Source: the human T2T-CHM13v2.0 reference genome, Homo sapiens. From it: DNA of 64,000 nt. Where the stretch lies: assembly GCF_009914755.1 (NCBI RefSeq), contig NC_060931.1. One strand, 5' to 3'. The notes beneath the pieces are model-generated. The model had not been told where the DNA came from. It did not search any database and saw only the letters and a list, made by a program, of their open reading frames with translations. This document shows, in pieces, positions 61,865-64,000 of the stretch. A program made the position numbers and the translations under genes. How positions within the stretch are numbered: the stretch's first letter is position 1; every line of letters starts with the position of its first letter.

Positions 61865-62310
61865 CTTACCAAGTAGGAATGGGTTTGGCTACAAGTAACA
61901 GAAAACTGTGTTTAAATCTGTGGTTAAACCACAGGGATATGTACGATCTCACTGAACTAAAAGTCCACAGGTAGGTGGTTCCAGGGTTCCTTCAGGGAAT
62001 GGATGGTGTAATCGAGGACCTAGACACTTCCACACTCCCATGCCATCATCCTTAGCATGACGTGTCCTATTCCCATCCCTGCTGCCTCACTGGCTGCTGT
62101 CACACCAGACGTCACATCCTCATGCTGTGCTTAAATGCAAGCATCAAGGGTGTGGCAAAAGATGTTCTCTCAGGAGGTTCTGTCCTTTATCTGGAAAAGA
62201 AGCATTTCCAGAAGTCTTCCTTATAGCCCCATAGGCCAAAACTGAATCACTATGGCCACTCCTAGTCACAGGGAAGGCTGTGAAAGTATTTCCCTTCTCA
62301 GCTTCTAGTC
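61865..62310. mobile_element. MLT1J/K-like LTR remnant
   Basis: tttggctacaagtaacagaaaac...taggccaaaactgaatcactatggccactcctag. Confidence 0.6.
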
Positions 62311-62522
62311 AAACTCAATCTCCTTATTTGTAGGAATTAAATGAAATAGTGCCCTGTTGATTCTATCTCCAACATTCCTGTTGCATCCACCTAATTATCT
62401 TCATCCCCCACCAAATCAACTCCCACCACTGTACTACAGGCTTCAGAATATCCCACCTAAAGTCTCCCAACAGTTCCTAACTGGTATCCTGATTGCCCCA
62501 TTTTGTCCCCTCTACCATCCAC

Positions 62523-63107
<585 letters not shown>

Positions 63108-64000
63108 CCATTCATTCTTTATACACCACTGCACAACATTTAACTGCGAATCTTACCATGTTCTTCCTCTTTAGTGGGTTGTGGTCCTGAATGTTCTGGT
63201 CACACCCACCTCTCCAGCTTCAGCTCCCTCTCCTCACTCAGATCACATGCGCCTGCTCTTTGCCTCTCAAGAAACCTCAATTTCTTCACACCTCCAAGTT
63301 GTTCACATGCTACTTCCTCCATCTGAAATGCTCACCCACTCTGCATCTCAGCTAATCTCTCCTCAGTTTTCATGTCTCTCCTTCAATGTCCTCCCCGTAC
63401 ACAAGGGTTATTTATAAGATGTTGTTATTAAGTTCAAAGTTGCTGAATATAAATGAGAAAGGGCATGCAAAATAATCAATTTTTTTTGTTAATTTCAGCA
63501 GTTAGTAGAGGTTTGCTTATTAGTAAAATGTTGACCATTTTGTTAAAATCACACTTGAGGAGCCAGTTGGCAGAACTTATTTTCTTTTCCTGAATTTTTT
63601 ATTTTCACCCATATGCTCAACCAACAACGTAAAAACCCACCTCCATAGCTCCCTAGTGGTGATGACTCCTCAGATAAAGGCATTCTTCCATGATTCAATT
63701 TCATCTGTAAAGTAATGGCACTATGATGAATTATCCCATTCTCCCCTCAAAGTTGGTGGCCTGCCTTTGTTCAATCCTGCTTCTGTGATTGAAAGTTTAT
63801 GCTCTAAAAGTAATCCCGAGAAATATATAAAAATGCATGACTTCCAAATACCCTGTGCTGTGCATATCATAGAAATTCAAAGAATCCCAAACTAAAAAGT
63901 AAATCATATATTCATATTTTTATCTTTCACAAATTGAAATACTCTCTAAAAATTTTTTCTACTAATTCTATATTGCAAATTATTTGAGTTAGGCAGTATG

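Overview
This is hominoid (human-like) genomic DNA. Positions 1-~16.2 kb hold the 3' end of CHN2 (beta-chimaerin) on the + strand: five GT-AG coding exons encoding the end of the C1 zinc finger and the whole RacGAP domain (...[11 protein letters not shown]), followed by a ~1.6 kb 3'UTR. The rest is intergenic and dominated by transposons: Alus, MIR/L2, MaLR/ERVL LTRs, hAT MERs, a full-length L1PA (30.1-36.5 kb, inside an MSTA LTR inside an L1MB), a full-length ~7.9 kb L1MA (40.0-48.0 kb), and a GTF3C6 processed pseudogene (53.3-53.9 kb). I see no new protein-coding system. The most notable unexplained structures are: (1) the GTF3C6 retrocopy appears to be a ~4.4 kb insertion with its own AATAAA, A-remnant and 16-bp target-site duplication (TSD), carrying ~3.7 kb of downstream cargo, possibly the fossil of a long-3'/read-through mRNA; (2) a perfect 42-bp inverted repeat at 19.8 kb; (3) several atypical retrotransposition products (twin-primed inverted Alu, tailless Alu, Alu-stub/L1-fragment/Alu composite under one TSD, 59-nt mini-retrocopy). 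Gene and repeat-subfamily names come from recalled sequences, not database searches.
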